Of a stretch of DNA of 64,000 bases, positions 1 through 9,457 are shown piece by piece. Within the stretch, counting starts at the first letter, position 1. The number at the start of each line of letters is the position of its first letter. Source of the DNA: Deferrisomatales bacterium (GTDB lineage: Bacteria; Desulfobacterota; Deferrisomatia; Deferrisomatales; JACRMM01); contig JAWSUI010000011.1 in NCBI GenBank assembly GCA_033551855.1, positions 20,972 through 84,971 on the forward strand, given 5' to 3'. Made by a program: the position numbers and the translations under genes. The notes under the pieces were generated by a model. It had not been told where the DNA came from. It worked only from the letters and a program-made list of their open reading frames with translations, and did not search any database.

Positions 1-198
1 GGGCGGCTGTGGTTCGTGGAGACGGGGCTGCGCCCGAACCGCCTGGTAGGCTTCGACCCGGCGACGGAGGAGTTCTTCAGCCACACGGACATCCCCAGTG
101 GAGCCGGTTCGGTGCGGCACATGTTCTTCCACGGGAAGACGCGGGAGCTCTGGTTCGGGACCGATGAGAACACGATCGGACGTGCTCGGCTGCCGTAG
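1..198 (+). CDS. Beta-propeller repeat protein, Vgb/streptogramin-lyase-like; C-terminal fragment (5' end outside window)
   Basis: The frame is open from the window edge to TAG 196-198. The translation ...RELWFGTDENTIGRARL resembles the repeated LWFTE..N.IGRI blades of Vgb-type propellers. Confidence 0.5.
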   Translation, partial: GRLWFVETGLRPNRLVGFDPATEEFFSHTDIPSGAGSVRHMFFHGKTRELWFGTDENTIGRARLP

Positions 199-211
199 GG
201 AGGAAAGGGGA

Positions 212-784
212 GTGAGGCGGCTGGAGGCCGTCGGGGCCGTGGTCGCCTCCCTCTTGCTGTCGGGCGGGTTCGCCGCCGCGTACGTGGACGGTCCTCCGCC
301 AGGATATTCGGGCGGCTTCGGGGAGCCGACGTGCCACGTGTGCCACTTCGACCAGGTGCTCGACGATTCGGCGGGGCGCTTGGAGGTACAGGGCTTTCCG
401 GAGGCCTTCGAGCCCGGGGCCCGCTACGAGGTGGGGGTCACCGTGGCCCGTCCGGGAACGGCGCGGGCCGGGTTCCAACTGACCGTGCGCTTCTCCGGGG
501 GCACCCGTGCGGGGCAACAGGCCGGGCACCTCTCCGGTGGGGAGGAGGGAGTAGGGGTGGTGGAGGACGCCTCCGGCGTGCAGTACGCACGGCAGGGGCG
601 AGAGGGGAGCCCGGTGGCGGCGGACGGCATCGCCCGGTGGATCGTGCGGTGGGAGGCCCCGGCGGAGGCCGAGGGGGAGGTCAGCCTGCACGTCGCGGCC
701 AATGCGGCCAACGACGACGCCTCCGAGCTCGGCGACTTCGTGTACGTCGGGGAGTGGAGAAGCCGCAGCCGGGGTGCGCGGTGA
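212..784 (+). CDS. Secreted hypothetical protein with a single CxxCH haem-c-type motif
   Basis: GTG 212 follows an AGGAAAGGGGAG SD-like stretch. There is a hydrophobic signal-like N-terminus (AVGAVVASLLLSGGFAAA), a CHVCH motif and high GC3 in this frame. Confidence 0.6.
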   Translation: MRRLEAVGAVVASLLLSGGFAAAYVDGPPPGYSGGFGEPTCHVCHFDQVLDDSAGRLEVQGFPEAFEPGARYEVGVTVARPGTARAGFQLTVRFSGGTRAGQQAGHLSGGEEGVGVVEDASGVQYARQGREGSPVAADGIARWIVRWEAPAEAEGEVSLHVAANAANDDASELGDFVYVGEWRSRSRGAR

Positions 785-819
785 CGCGGCGCAGCCTGGG
801 GCGCGCCCCGGTCCCCGCC

Positions 820-1404
820 TCAGCGGACCCCCCGGAGGCCGCGCAGCCTGCCGGGGATGTCCCACTCCTTCATCAGGTCTGCGACCGGCGGGGGGACCAG
901 GGGTTCCCACGGCTCGCCACGGATCATCCGCTCTCGTACCTGGCTCGCGCTGAGGCCCTTCTGCTCGGGGGAGACCTCCCAGAGTACGTGGGTCCGGAGC
1001 CCGAGGCCTTGGAAGAGGGACCGCTTCTGCCTGCCCCACGCGTCGTAGATGGTCAGGAAGAAGACCGCGTCCAGCGGCACGTAGTAGCGGTACAGCTCGG
1101 GGACGTCGATGGGCAGCGGGACCACGGCGAAGGCCGCGGTCGGTACGCCCGCGGCCTCCAAGGCCGCTCGCACCATGAGCTGGCGCTCGTAGTAAGTGAG
1201 GGGGTTGGCCTGCGGCGCCGTCCTGTGCGGGTCGGCTCCCCGGTCGCGGGAACGGGTGGGGTCGGGGTTGGTCACCCCGACGACCAGCTGGCGGCAGAGC
1301 GCCCGCCCCGCGAGGAGGTAGCGCAGGTGGTCGCGGTGCAGCACCTGGAAGCGGCCGTGGATCACCCCGACATCGTAGGGGGCATCGTCGCGTTGTGCGC
1401 CCAT
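820..1404 (-). CDS. Cytidylyltransferase-family protein, nicotinamide-nucleotide adenylyltransferase-like
   Basis: Starts at ATG 1404. The N-terminal GVIHGRFQVLHRDHLRYL matches the (H/T)xGH nucleotidyltransferase motif region. The upstream part of the tracked ORF is Arg/Pro-rich and unlikely to be coding. Confidence 0.65.
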   Translation of the reverse strand: MGAQRDDAPYDVGVIHGRFQVLHRDHLRYLLAGRALCRQLVVGVTNPDPTRSRDRGADPHRTAPQANPLTYYERQLMVRAALEAAGVPTAAFAVVPLPIDVPELYRYYVPLDAVFFLTIYDAWGRQKRSLFQGLGLRTHVLWEVSPEQKGLSASQVRERMIRGEPWEPLVPPPVADLMKEWDIPGRLRGLRGVR

Positions 1405-1610
1405 CAGCAGCGTTCCTCGGGAGATCGGGCCGGGCCAAGCCGGTTTACGCAACGAGGGGACTCCCAGACACCGGGAACTTCCAGGACTGGGGAGACGTCC
1501 GGAGGAAACGTGCACGGGGGCCGTCTCGGCGACCCCTCCTCGCGACCAGAGGAGCACCTTGGTGCCCCGGTCTCCACGTGCCTTCGCCGAGGAGGTGTGA
1601 ACCGACTCGG

Positions 1611-2921
1611 CTACTCCAGGCGAAAGGGCTGATAGTCCCCCGGCCAGTAGGGCTGGTCCCAGGGCGTGTCCCGGGTGCCCGCGAGCTTGGACAGACCCAG
1701 GTGGTTCAGGACGAGGTACATGAGCTCCTTGCCGCGGACACAGCCCAGCGCCCCCTGGGCCGCACTCACCTCGTCGTAACGGGTCACGGCGTCGCGCCGT
1801 ACCCCAGGGCCGAACAACGCGAGGGGGACGGCGTCGCCCGAGTGGACCAGGGGCCCGGAGCTCGGGGTGGAGTGGTCCGCGGTCACCGCCAGGAGGAGGT
1901 CGGGCTCCTCGGCCAGGGCCCCCAGGGCCTCACCGATGGCCCGGTCCAAGGACTCGATCACCGCCCGCTTCGCCAGAGGGTCCTTCCGGTGCGCCGCTTC
2001 ATCCGGTGCCTTTGTGTGCACGTGGATGAAGTCGTAACGGGGGAGCGCCTCTCGGGCCAAGCGCAGCCGCTCCGCCAGGTCCCACCCGGGGTCCTCCGTG
2101 TCTGCCACCCTTCGGACATCGAGTCCCAGGTGGGCACAGAGGCCCCAGTAGACGGGGGCGGAGGCGAGGGACAGACCCCGCAGGCCGTTCTGCTGCCGGA
2201 AGGGGCGGATCGGCTTGAGGCGGCCGGCGCGCTGCGTGACCAGTCCCGTGAGAGGAGGAAGCCCGGCCTGGGCTCGTCGGGCATTCACGGGGTGGTCCTT
2301 CAGCCGGCCGTGGGCCCACACGAGGAACCGCTTGAGCGCCCGTGCCGCCCTGCGCGTTTCGGGATCCGCCGTATGGATGCCCCACGGCAGGACCTCCGGG
2401 ATCGGGCACTCCGTCCGCATGGGGTTGGTGTCCGTCACGAAGGGGGAGACCCCGCCCCGCAGGATGAGGACGCCGTGAGTTCCCTGGGTGCGGGCGAAGC
2501 GGATCTCCACGCCTTCGGTCTCGAAGGCGCCCACCGCCGCGGCCAGCGCCCGGGCCTCGCCCTCGTCCGCTTCCGGAGCGTCCAGGTCCAGCCACAACTC
2601 TCCCCCCCGGTCCGAGAGGCACGCGAAGTGGGCCAGGACGGCCACGTCATCCGGGCCAACGTCCACGCCCGCTCCCAGGGCCTCCAGGGGGCCTCGTCCC
2701 GGAAAGTCCTCCGGGTCGTAGCCGAACATCGCGAAGTGGGCGAGCTCGCTCGGCAGAGCCTGGCCGAGGGCCGCGGGGTGATACAGCCCGTTCGCTCCCA
2801 GGGTGGCCAAGCGGTCCAGGGCGGGCGTGTCGGCGGCCTGGAGCGGGGTCTTGTGCCCCAGGGACTCGTGGGCGTGATCCCCGACCCCGTCCAGCAGGAT
2901 CAGCATGCATTTTCGCGGCAC
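1611..2921 (-). CDS. apgM: Cofactor-independent phosphoglycerate mutase, archaeal type (ApgM family)
   Basis: 436 aa. Begins LILLDGVGD and ends ...VTADHSTP...HSGDAVPL, the typical metal- and phosphoserine-site pattern of ApgM / alkaline-phosphatase superfamily mutases. Confidence 0.85.
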   Translation of the reverse strand: MPRKCMLILLDGVGDHAHESLGHKTPLQAADTPALDRLATLGANGLYHPAALGQALPSELAHFAMFGYDPEDFPGRGPLEALGAGVDVGPDDVAVLAHFACLSDRGGELWLDLDAPEADEGEARALAAAVGAFETEGVEIRFARTQGTHGVLILRGGVSPFVTDTNPMRTECPIPEVLPWGIHTADPETRRAARALKRFLVWAHGRLKDHPVNARRAQAGLPPLTGLVTQRAGRLKPIRPFRQQNGLRGLSLASAPVYWGLCAHLGLDVRRVADTEDPGWDLAERLRLAREALPRYDFIHVHTKAPDEAAHRKDPLAKRAVIESLDRAIGEALGALAEEPDLLLAVTADHSTPSSGPLVHSGDAVPLALFGPGVRRDAVTRYDEVSAAQGALGCVRGKELMYLVLNHLGLSKLAGTRDTPWDQPYWPGDYQPFRLE

Positions 2922-3183
2922 CGGCCACCTCCCTCGTCCACCGAAGATAACACGGGCGCCGCCGGGGGTACGATGTCGGTGTCCGGGGAGTCTCCCGGCG
3001 GCCTTGGGGGTACCGGCGCACCGGGCCGGAATGGCTCAGAGCCTGCGAGACCACCTGCTTCGCGACCGGATCGCTTCGCTGTGCACCTGCGCCCTCCTCG
3101 CCGATCGACCTGCCCTGTCTCGTCGTTCGCCCACGCGCACCCTGCACTAGCCGGTCTGCGCGCGACGATCCCTTCACAGGCTC

Positions 3184-3846
3184 TCAGGCCGCCGGCGCCA
3201 GGGGAACGGGAGCTCCGGTGCCGGGAGTGCCCCGCAGGGGGCGGCACAACCCGCCCGCCAAGGCCCGGACGAGGTCCGCTTGGGAACGGATCGGAACGTC
3301 GAAGCGGGTCACGACGCGGCCCAGTTCCTCCGCGCAGTGGGCGTCGCTTCCCCCGCACGTGACGAGGGGGTAGCGGTCCAGTAGACGCTGTACCTTTTGG
3401 AGCTCCTCGCGGGTGCTCCGGCCGTTGATCGATTCCACGACGCGGCACAACCCCTCGCGGAACAGGTGCTCGCCAACGGGCCGTCCCAGCCGGCATGGGT
3501 GGGCGGCCACCGCGACGCCTCCCGCCTCCCCGACGCCGCGCAAGAGGTCCCGGGCCGGGAGGTCGGGCGGGAAGTTCGGGGAGGGATCGAAGACCAGGAA
3601 GTCGCCGTCGGGGGTGCTGTGCTCCACGCCGATCAGGACGCACAGGCCGTCCTCCTGAACGCCCTCGGCCACCTGGTGCCGGACGGCGGTGGTGCCGTGG
3701 TCCGTGATGCAGACCCCGTCGAGCCCCCGCCGTCGGGCGTGGCGCAGGAGGTCGTCTTCGGCGAGCGAGCTGCACGCCGAGTGGGCGGTGTGGACGTGGA
3801 GGTCGAAGAGCACCGGCGGCATCCTGGCAAGAAGTTGGGGAGGCAT
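3184..3846 (-). CDS. PHP-domain metal-dependent phosphoesterase
   Basis: LFDLHVHTAHS...GLDGVCITDHGT...VAAHP...GGSDAH are PHP His/Asp motifs. The start is ATG 3846 or ATG 3822 and cannot be resolved by eye. Confidence 0.7.
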   Translation of the reverse strand: MPPQLLARMPPVLFDLHVHTAHSACSSLAEDDLLRHARRRGLDGVCITDHGTTAVRHQVAEGVQEDGLCVLIGVEHSTPDGDFLVFDPSPNFPPDLPARDLLRGVGEAGGVAVAAHPCRLGRPVGEHLFREGLCRVVESINGRSTREELQKVQRLLDRYPLVTCGGSDAHCAEELGRVVTRFDVPIRSQADLVRALAGGLCRPLRGTPGTGAPVPLAPAA

Positions 3847-4111
3847 CCGCACCGGACGGGTCGTTCCCCGGCTACGCCGAGGGTACACTCTCGCCCGCCG
3901 AGGGACAAATCGGAAGGCGCCAGGGTCTGAGGCACACGGTATCGCCCCTGCCGATGGAGGACCCCCCCTGGCGGCGTTCCTCTGCTGACGGGTTGCGCAG
4001 GGGTCGCGGGCCGACCCGGGCAATGGTACCCTCTCGGGCACCGGGGGGAGCATCCCGGCTGTCCTTTGGACGGCGGCGCGTGTGCGCGGGATTCTCATGG
4101 GGAGGGTGGTC

Positions 4112-5005
4112 ATGCCGAGACGGCCCATCTACGTGGTCGATGCCTTCACGCAGGAGCCGCTCCGGGGCAACCCGGCAGGGGTGGTTCCCTTCGCCCGGGG
4201 CCTGGGCCCGGACCAGATGCTCGCCATCGCCCGAGAGGTTCACTCCTCCGAGACGGCCTTCGTGCTCCCGTCCCGCGAGGCCGACCTGGCTCTGCGCTAC
4301 TTCACCCCGACCCAGGAGGTCCCGTTCTGCGGGCACGCCACGTTGGCCGCCATGGCCCTGCTGGCCGAGCTCGGGGAGGTGCCGGTGCCGCGAGACCTCG
4401 CCCGAGTGCGGGTGGAGACGGGGGTGGGGTCACTTTCCGTGGATCTCGTCCGCACCCCGGAGGGGCTTCGGGTGGACATGACCCAGGCGCCGCCGGCGTT
4501 TCGGCCGTGTGGGGAGCCGGCCGACGGCATCCTTGGGGTGCTCGGGCTCAACCCGGAGGATCTGCGTTCCGACCTGCCGCTGGAACTCGCGTACACGGGC
4601 CTGTGGCACCTCTTGGTTCCCTTGGTGGGGGGCGAGGCCCTCGACGGCCTCATGCCCGACCTCCGGGCTCTGGCGGCCCTGAACCGGGAGCTCGGCGTGC
4701 TCACCACCCACCTCTTCGTGGAGGAGGGCGACACCCTCCACTGCCGCGACTTCGCGCCGGCCGCCGGGGTGGACGAGGACCCGGTCACGGGCTCCGCCTC
4801 CGGTGCCCTGGGCGCCTACCTGCTGCGGCACCGGGTCGTGCGGCCCCGGGTTCCCCTTCGGCTCCTTCAAGGGGAGGCCTGCGATCGGCCGGGGGAGGTA
4901 CGGGTGGTGGTGGACGGTGAGCCCGGTGAGCCTCGCTCGGCCGTGGTGGGCGGGCATGCCGTCGTGAGCCTGCGGGGAGAGATCAGGGTACCGGAGGCGT
5001 CGTGA
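4112..5005 (+). CDS. PhzF-family isomerase
   Basis: ATG 4112 follows a GGGGAGGG SD. IYVVDAFT...GNPAGVV...SETAFV...RYFTP..EVPFCGHATLA is the PhzF signature pattern. Confidence 0.85.
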   Translation: MPRRPIYVVDAFTQEPLRGNPAGVVPFARGLGPDQMLAIAREVHSSETAFVLPSREADLALRYFTPTQEVPFCGHATLAAMALLAELGEVPVPRDLARVRVETGVGSLSVDLVRTPEGLRVDMTQAPPAFRPCGEPADGILGVLGLNPEDLRSDLPLELAYTGLWHLLVPLVGGEALDGLMPDLRALAALNRELGVLTTHLFVEEGDTLHCRDFAPAAGVDEDPVTGSASGALGAYLLRHRVVRPRVPLRLLQGEACDRPGEVRVVVDGEPGEPRSAVVGGHAVVSLRGEIRVPEAS

Positions 5006-5658
5006 GAGGCGAGCAGAGCATCCGGTTCTCTTGCGGCGGGCTCGTTCTGGAGGGTGCCCTGTGGCTTCCCGCCGAAGGGCCGGCCCCCGGCGTCGCTCTA
5101 TGCCACCCCCATCCCCTCTACGGGGGATCCATGGACAACGCCGTGGTCCTGGGCCTGGCCCAAGCGCTCGTGGCCCGGGGAATCGCGACGCTCCGGTTCA
5201 ACTTCCGAGGGACGGGGCGCAGCGAAGGCCGACACGGGGCCGGGGAGGCGGAGGTGGAGGACGTGGGGGCCGCGCTGGATGTCCTGTCCTTCCGCCCGGA
5301 GGTGGACCCGAGGCGCCTGGCGGTGGCAGGGTACTCCTTCGGGGGGGCGGTGGGGCTGCGTGCGGCCTGCGCGGACTCCCGTGTGCGGGCCTTGGTCCTC
5401 GTGGCACCCCCCCTGGCAGCCTTTCCCATGGCCGAGGCCCCGAGGTGCCCGATACCCAAGCTGGTGGTCGCGGGAACCCGGGACGAGCACTGTCCTGTGC
5501 CCCTCCTGGAAGCCTGGTTCGCGGGCGCCGCCGAGCCCAAGCGCCGGGTCGCGGTCTCGGGTGCGGATCATTTCTTCTTTCGTCGGGAGGCCCAGGTCGG
5601 GGAGGCGGCCGGCACCTTTCTCGAGGAGCGCCTGGCCGCGCCGCAGGTTGTTCTCTGA
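5002..5658 (+). CDS. Alpha/beta hydrolase (KANL3/Tex30-like, dienelactone-hydrolase fold)
   Basis: GTG 5002 overlaps the phzF stop (GTGA). The motifs HPHPLYGGSMDN and GYSFGG (nucleophile elbow) are present. Confidence 0.75.
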   Translation: MRGEQSIRFSCGGLVLEGALWLPAEGPAPGVALCHPHPLYGGSMDNAVVLGLAQALVARGIATLRFNFRGTGRSEGRHGAGEAEVEDVGAALDVLSFRPEVDPRRLAVAGYSFGGAVGLRAACADSRVRALVLVAPPLAAFPMAEAPRCPIPKLVVAGTRDEHCPVPLLEAWFAGAAEPKRRVAVSGADHFFFRREAQVGEAAGTFLEERLAAPQVVL

Positions 5659-5699
5659 GGGCCTTTTCTCGGCGTTGGACCCGGATAGGCTGGACGCGC

Positions 5700-6077
5700 G
5701 CCTGCCGCAGGGCGCGGGCCGAGGCTCTGAGACCGGAGGGCAGGGAGCTCGTGCCGGCCGCGCGGGTGCAGGGCGCCGGAGACCTGCGCATCCTGTTCCG
5801 GCACCCCCTGCCCGACGCCCCGGCCCCGGTGCGCGTCTGCGCCACGCTTGGGGTGGGAGGTGCGGTCCTGGTGGAGTCGAGCCTGTCGTTCCCCGGTCTC
5901 GGGGTCCTGCCTCCCCGACCCAGCTGGGGAAACCTGTCGGCCCAGGCAAGGGACAACCTCCGGGTGGGATGGCGGGTGGCCGTGTTCCCGAGGCCGGCGA
6001 TCTTCGCCACGGTGCTGGGCTACAACCTGCGGGGCGAGCCCCTCCGGGAAGCCCTCGACCCGAAGCCGGACGCGTGA
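5700..6077 (+). pseudogene. 3' remnant of a Dpp/Opp ABC permease (DppC/OppC-like); N-terminal two-thirds missing
   Basis: Only the last ~125 codons resemble DppC (...GAGDLRILFRH.LP.A.AP..V.ATLGVGGAVLVESSLSF.GLGV.PP.PSWGN...FP..AIF.TVLGYNL.G..LREALDPK). There is no upstream membrane domain and the hydrolase gene ends at 5658. The left boundary is approximate. Confidence 0.6.
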
Positions 6078-7069
6078 TGGGCAACGACAGGCCGCTGCTG
6101 TGTGTGGAGGACCTTCGGGTGGCGTTCCCCGGAGCCGGGTCGGCCGGCGAGCTGGCCGCGGTGCGGGGGGTGAGCCTCTCCCTGAAGCGGGGAGAGACCC
6201 TGGCCCTGGTGGGGGAGTCGGGGTGTGGAAAGAGCGTGACCGCCCTGTCGGTGATCGGCCTCGTCCCGTCCCCCGGCCGAGTGACCGGCGGCCGGGTCCT
6301 CTTCGACGGCCGGGACCTCACGTCCCTGAGCAGCCGGGCGCTCCGAAGCGTTCGGGGGCGGGAGGTGGGGATGGTCTTCCAGGAGCCGATGACCAGCCTG
6401 AACCCGGTGTTCACGGTGGGGTATCAGCTGGCGGAAGCGCTCACCGCCCACCGAAAGCTCCCCCGAGCCGAGCTGCGAGGCCGGTGCCTGGAGCTCCTGC
6501 GGGAGGTGGGCATACCGGCCCCGGAGGAGCGCCTGGGGGCGTACCCCTCCCAGCTCTCCGGGGGGCTGCGGCAGCGGGTGATGATCGCGATCGCCGTGGC
6601 GTGCCGGCCGCGGCTCCTGATTGCCGATGAGCCCACCACCGCCTTGGACGTGACCATCCAGGCGCAGATCATGGCGCTCCTGGGACGGCTGCGCCGAGAG
6701 CTGGGCATGGCGTTGTTGCTGATCACCCACGACCTGGGACTGGTGGCGCAAAACGTGGAACGGGTGGCGGTGATGTACGCGGGCCACGTGGTCGAGGAGT
6801 GCACGACGCGCCACCTCTTCGCCTCCCCCCTGCATCCCTACACCCGGGGCCTCCTGGGATCCGTGCCGGGGGCTTCCGGGGTCGGCCGGGGAGGCCGACT
6901 GCAGGCGATCTCGGGCAATGTTCCCCACCCCTCCCGGGTCCCCTCCGGGTGCCCCTTCCGGGACCGGTGTCCCCTGGCTGCCGACCCCTGCGCCGCGGCG
7001 CTGCCCGAACTCGCGGAGGTGCTTCCGGGCCGCCGCGTCCGCTGTATCCGGGTGGAACGCCGTGTTTGA
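6077..7069 (+). CDS. Oligopeptide/dipeptide ABC transporter ATP-binding protein (DppD/OppD type)
   Basis: ATG 6077 shares one base with the stop (TGA 6075-6077) of the permease remnant. It has Walker A GESGCGKS, the LSGGLRQRV signature, Walker [13 protein letters not shown] and the oligopeptide C-terminal CPFRDRCP motif. Confidence 0.88.
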   Translation: MGNDRPLLCVEDLRVAFPGAGSAGELAAVRGVSLSLKRGETLALVGESGCGKSVTALSVIGLVPSPGRVTGGRVLFDGRDLTSLSSRALRSVRGREVGMVFQEPMTSLNPVFTVGYQLAEALTAHRKLPRAELRGRCLELLREVGIPAPEERLGAYPSQLSGGLRQRVMIAIAVACRPRLLIADEPTTALDVTIQAQIMALLGRLRRELGMALLLITHDLGLVAQNVERVAVMYAGHVVEECTTRHLFASPLHPYTRGLLGSVPGASGVGRGGRLQAISGNVPHPSRVPSGCPFRDRCPLAADPCAAALPELAEVLPGRRVRCIRVERRV

Positions 7070-8015
7070 GATCCGGGGCGTCAGCCGTCATTATCCCGTG
7101 GGGGGGGGCCTCCTGGGGCGCAAGCGCTGGCTCCGGGCCGTGGAGGGCCTGGACCTCGAGGTGGAGCAGGGGGAGACCCTCGCCCTGGTGGGGGAGTCGG
7201 GCTGCGGCAAGAGCACCCTCGCGAGGTTGCTGCTTAGGCTGGAGGAACCCACCCGGGGTACGATACGCTACCGAGAGCAGGACCTCTGGGGGCTGGACGC
7301 CGCCGGGGTGCGCCGGTTCCGCCGGGAGGTCCAGATGGTGTTCCAGGATCCGTACGCATCCCTGAACCCCCGGATGAAGGTGCGGGACATCGTGGGCGAG
7401 GGGCTCGCCATCCATCGGATCGGGACGCGGGCGCAGAGGCGAGGCCGGGTGGAGGGCTTGCTGGCCCAGGTGGGGCTGCCCCAGGAGGCGGCCCTGGCGT
7501 ATCCCCACGAGTTCAGCGGAGGACAGCGGCAGAGGATCGGCATCGCCCGCGCCCTGGCGGTCGAGCCCCGATTGCTGGTGGCGGACGAGCCCGTATCGGC
7601 CCTCGACGTCTCGATCCAGGCCCAGATCCTCAACCTGTTGCAGGACCTGAAGAGGTTGCGTGGCCTGACCTATCTGTTCATCAGCCACGACCTGCGGGTG
7701 GTGGAGCACGTGGCCGACCGGGTGGCCGTCATGTACCTGGGGAGGATCGTGGAGCTCGCATCCACCGAGGGGCTCTTCGCGGCGCCCCTCCACCCGTACA
7801 CCCAGGCGCTTCTCGCGGCGGTGCTGCCGACGGGCGCCGAGACCGGAAGGGAGCTCCGGGTGCTGGAAGGCGACGTGCCGAGCCCCCTCGACCCTCCCCC
7901 GGGCTGCCCTTTCCACCCCCGCTGCCCGCGGGCATGGGGGTTGTGCTCCGAGGAGGTCCCGCCCCCGATGTCCCCGGGGGCGGGACGAAGCGTTTCTTGT
8001 CACTTGTATTCCTGA
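7062..8015 (+). CDS. Oligopeptide/dipeptide ABC transporter ATP-binding protein (DppF/OppF type)
   Basis: GTG 7062 overlaps the preceding stop. It has Walker [31 protein letters not shown] and the C-terminal GCPFHPRCP motif. Confidence 0.88.
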   Translation: MFEIRGVSRHYPVGGGLLGRKRWLRAVEGLDLEVEQGETLALVGESGCGKSTLARLLLRLEEPTRGTIRYREQDLWGLDAAGVRRFRREVQMVFQDPYASLNPRMKVRDIVGEGLAIHRIGTRAQRRGRVEGLLAQVGLPQEAALAYPHEFSGGQRQRIGIARALAVEPRLLVADEPVSALDVSIQAQILNLLQDLKRLRGLTYLFISHDLRVVEHVADRVAVMYLGRIVELASTEGLFAAPLHPYTQALLAAVLPTGAETGRELRVLEGDVPSPLDPPPGCPFHPRCPRAWGLCSEEVPPPMSPGAGRSVSCHLYS

Positions 8016-8022
8016 GGGAGCG

Positions 8023-8634
8023 ATGCGTGCACTGATTCCGCCCCTGGACACCTGGGAGCGAAAGATCTTCCTCTTGTGCGTGGCTGCCAGCGTCGCGGTC
8101 CACGCCGGCTTCGTCTGGTTTGCGGCGCCCCGCCCGGAGCGGCAGGCGGAGGCTGCCCCCGTCAGCGCCCTGGCGGAGCGCTACGCCCAGGCGGTGAACC
8201 GGGCCACCGATCTGGACCACGGGCAGAAGTCCCGCCTCACGGCCGTATTGGATCGGGTTCCTGCCCGGAGCTGGTCCCTGGGGGAGCTCGGGCAGACCGT
8301 CCAGTGGGTCTCGAAGGACCTGGGCTTCCCGGTGAAGGACGCGGACGTCGTCCGGGCGCTGGACGCCCAGCGCTCCCGGGAAGGCCGCTGGGATCTGCGG
8401 GTGTGGCTGGAGTGGGGGGAGGATCGAGACGCCGCCGATCTTCTGGCCCTGGCGTTTCTGGCCGGGGAGGGCACCCTCAAGAGCGACTTCGGCTCCCACC
8501 GCCTGTGGGTGCACCTGGTCACCCGGGACGGGGAGGGGCGGGTGGCTTTCGAGACGATGGACTGCCGGCTCTACCGGGCCGGGAGGATGGAGGCCTCGGA
8601 CCTCCTCCACCGGTCCGCTTGGTTCCAGCCCTGA
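8023..8634 (+). CDS. Hypothetical membrane-anchored protein
   Basis: ATG 8023 lies 8 nt after the dppF-like stop. There is one N-terminal TM segment (IFLLCVAASVAVHAGFVWF) and high GC3. I recognise no family. Confidence 0.5.
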   Translation: MRALIPPLDTWERKIFLLCVAASVAVHAGFVWFAAPRPERQAEAAPVSALAERYAQAVNRATDLDHGQKSRLTAVLDRVPARSWSLGELGQTVQWVSKDLGFPVKDADVVRALDAQRSREGRWDLRVWLEWGEDRDAADLLALAFLAGEGTLKSDFGSHRLWVHLVTRDGEGRVAFETMDCRLYRAGRMEASDLLHRSAWFQP

Positions 8635-8643
8635 CGGCGCGGG

Positions 8644-8975
8644 GTGCGTGCCCCGCCGCCGTCGAAACCCCTGGTCAGGGAACTGACCGACCAGGGGTTC
8701 GAGAGCCCCCACCTGGACCGCCTGCGCCGCAGTGTGAACGTGGACCCGTCCCACCGGGAGCTGGAAAGGGAGATCCTCCAGGAAATGGAGGCCGCCCTGG
8801 GGCGGGCCGAGGACCGGGTGAACCTGGCCCTCCTGGAGCTCGAGGTCCCGGAGCGGGAGCTGGGCCGTCTCGAGGCGGAGGGTTCCGCCGAGGCGTGCGA
8901 GGGGGGTGTTGCCGCGTACAACCCGGGGCGGGAGGTTGCCCTGCGGCGAGGGCCGGGGGGGAGAAAGGAACCGCG
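8644..8975 (+). CDS. Hypothetical coiled-coil segment; its frame has no nearby stop, so it is probably joined to the next ORF by a frameshift
   Basis: GC3 is high from GTG 8644 to about 8960 and then collapses in this frame. The nominal stop is only at 9189, inside the next ORF. Confidence 0.35.
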
Positions 8976-9344
8976 GTGTCGGTTCGCTTCGTGGGGGAAC
9001 GGCTTCGGCCGCTGTCGCGCACCGCGGACACGTCCTGCCTGGCCGCGGGGGCGCCGGGCCTGCCCCTGCGATTTCTCTGGAGGGACGTCGCCATCGACGT
9101 CGCCCGGGTGCGCCGCACCTGGCGGGAGACCGGAGCCTGCGTCCACGGCAGCGGGGAACGGTACGTGCGGCGGCATTGGTTCGAGGTGATCGCAGCGACC
9201 GGCGAGGTGTTCACGCTGTACTTCGAGCGCCGGGCCCGCCGGGGGGAAAGAAAGCGGGGCCGGTGGTGGTTGTACGGCATCGCCTGCGAAGGGGAGGGTG
9301 TCGTCGTCGCGCCTGGTTGCCGGCCGAACCCGGGGGAGCGATGA
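8976..9344 (+). CDS. Hypothetical protein (conserved-looking ...ERYVRRHWFEV...FTLYFERR... core)
   Basis: GTG 8976 follows GGGGGGAGAAAGGA. High GC3 resumes in this frame exactly where it stops in the 8644 frame. Confidence 0.5.
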   Translation: MSVRFVGERLRPLSRTADTSCLAAGAPGLPLRFLWRDVAIDVARVRRTWRETGACVHGSGERYVRRHWFEVIAATGEVFTLYFERRARRGERKRGRWWLYGIACEGEGVVVAPGCRPNPGER

Positions 9345-9457
9345 GACGCCCCGGGGGACCGGGAAGCGGCCGGCAGGGGCCGCGGCAATCGGCCTCCCTT
9401 GGGAAACGGCGGGGCAGGCCGTCCCCACTGCCCGTCGCGTGGTGAACGGGACGGGAT

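Noticed and set aside
77-1438. 453-aa minus-strand ORF, and similar very long ORFs elsewhere in the track (for example 1395-3362 +, 5098-6414 -, 8571-10460 -, 11279-13054 -, 26838-28625 -, 29510-31183 -, 42859-45606 -, 57007-58917 -, 59715-62267 -).
   Set aside because: They lie antisense or out of frame to genes with clear family motifs. They are dominated by Arg/Pro/Gly/Ala and lack third-position GC bias. This is the expected stop-codon-poor shadow of a ~70% GC genome.
5031-5699. The N-terminal 220 codons of the 348-aa ORF that ends in the DppC-like stub.
   Set aside because: This part overlaps the well-supported alpha/beta hydrolase gene in another frame and is Arg/Gly-rich nonsense. Only the last ~125 codons show permease similarity.
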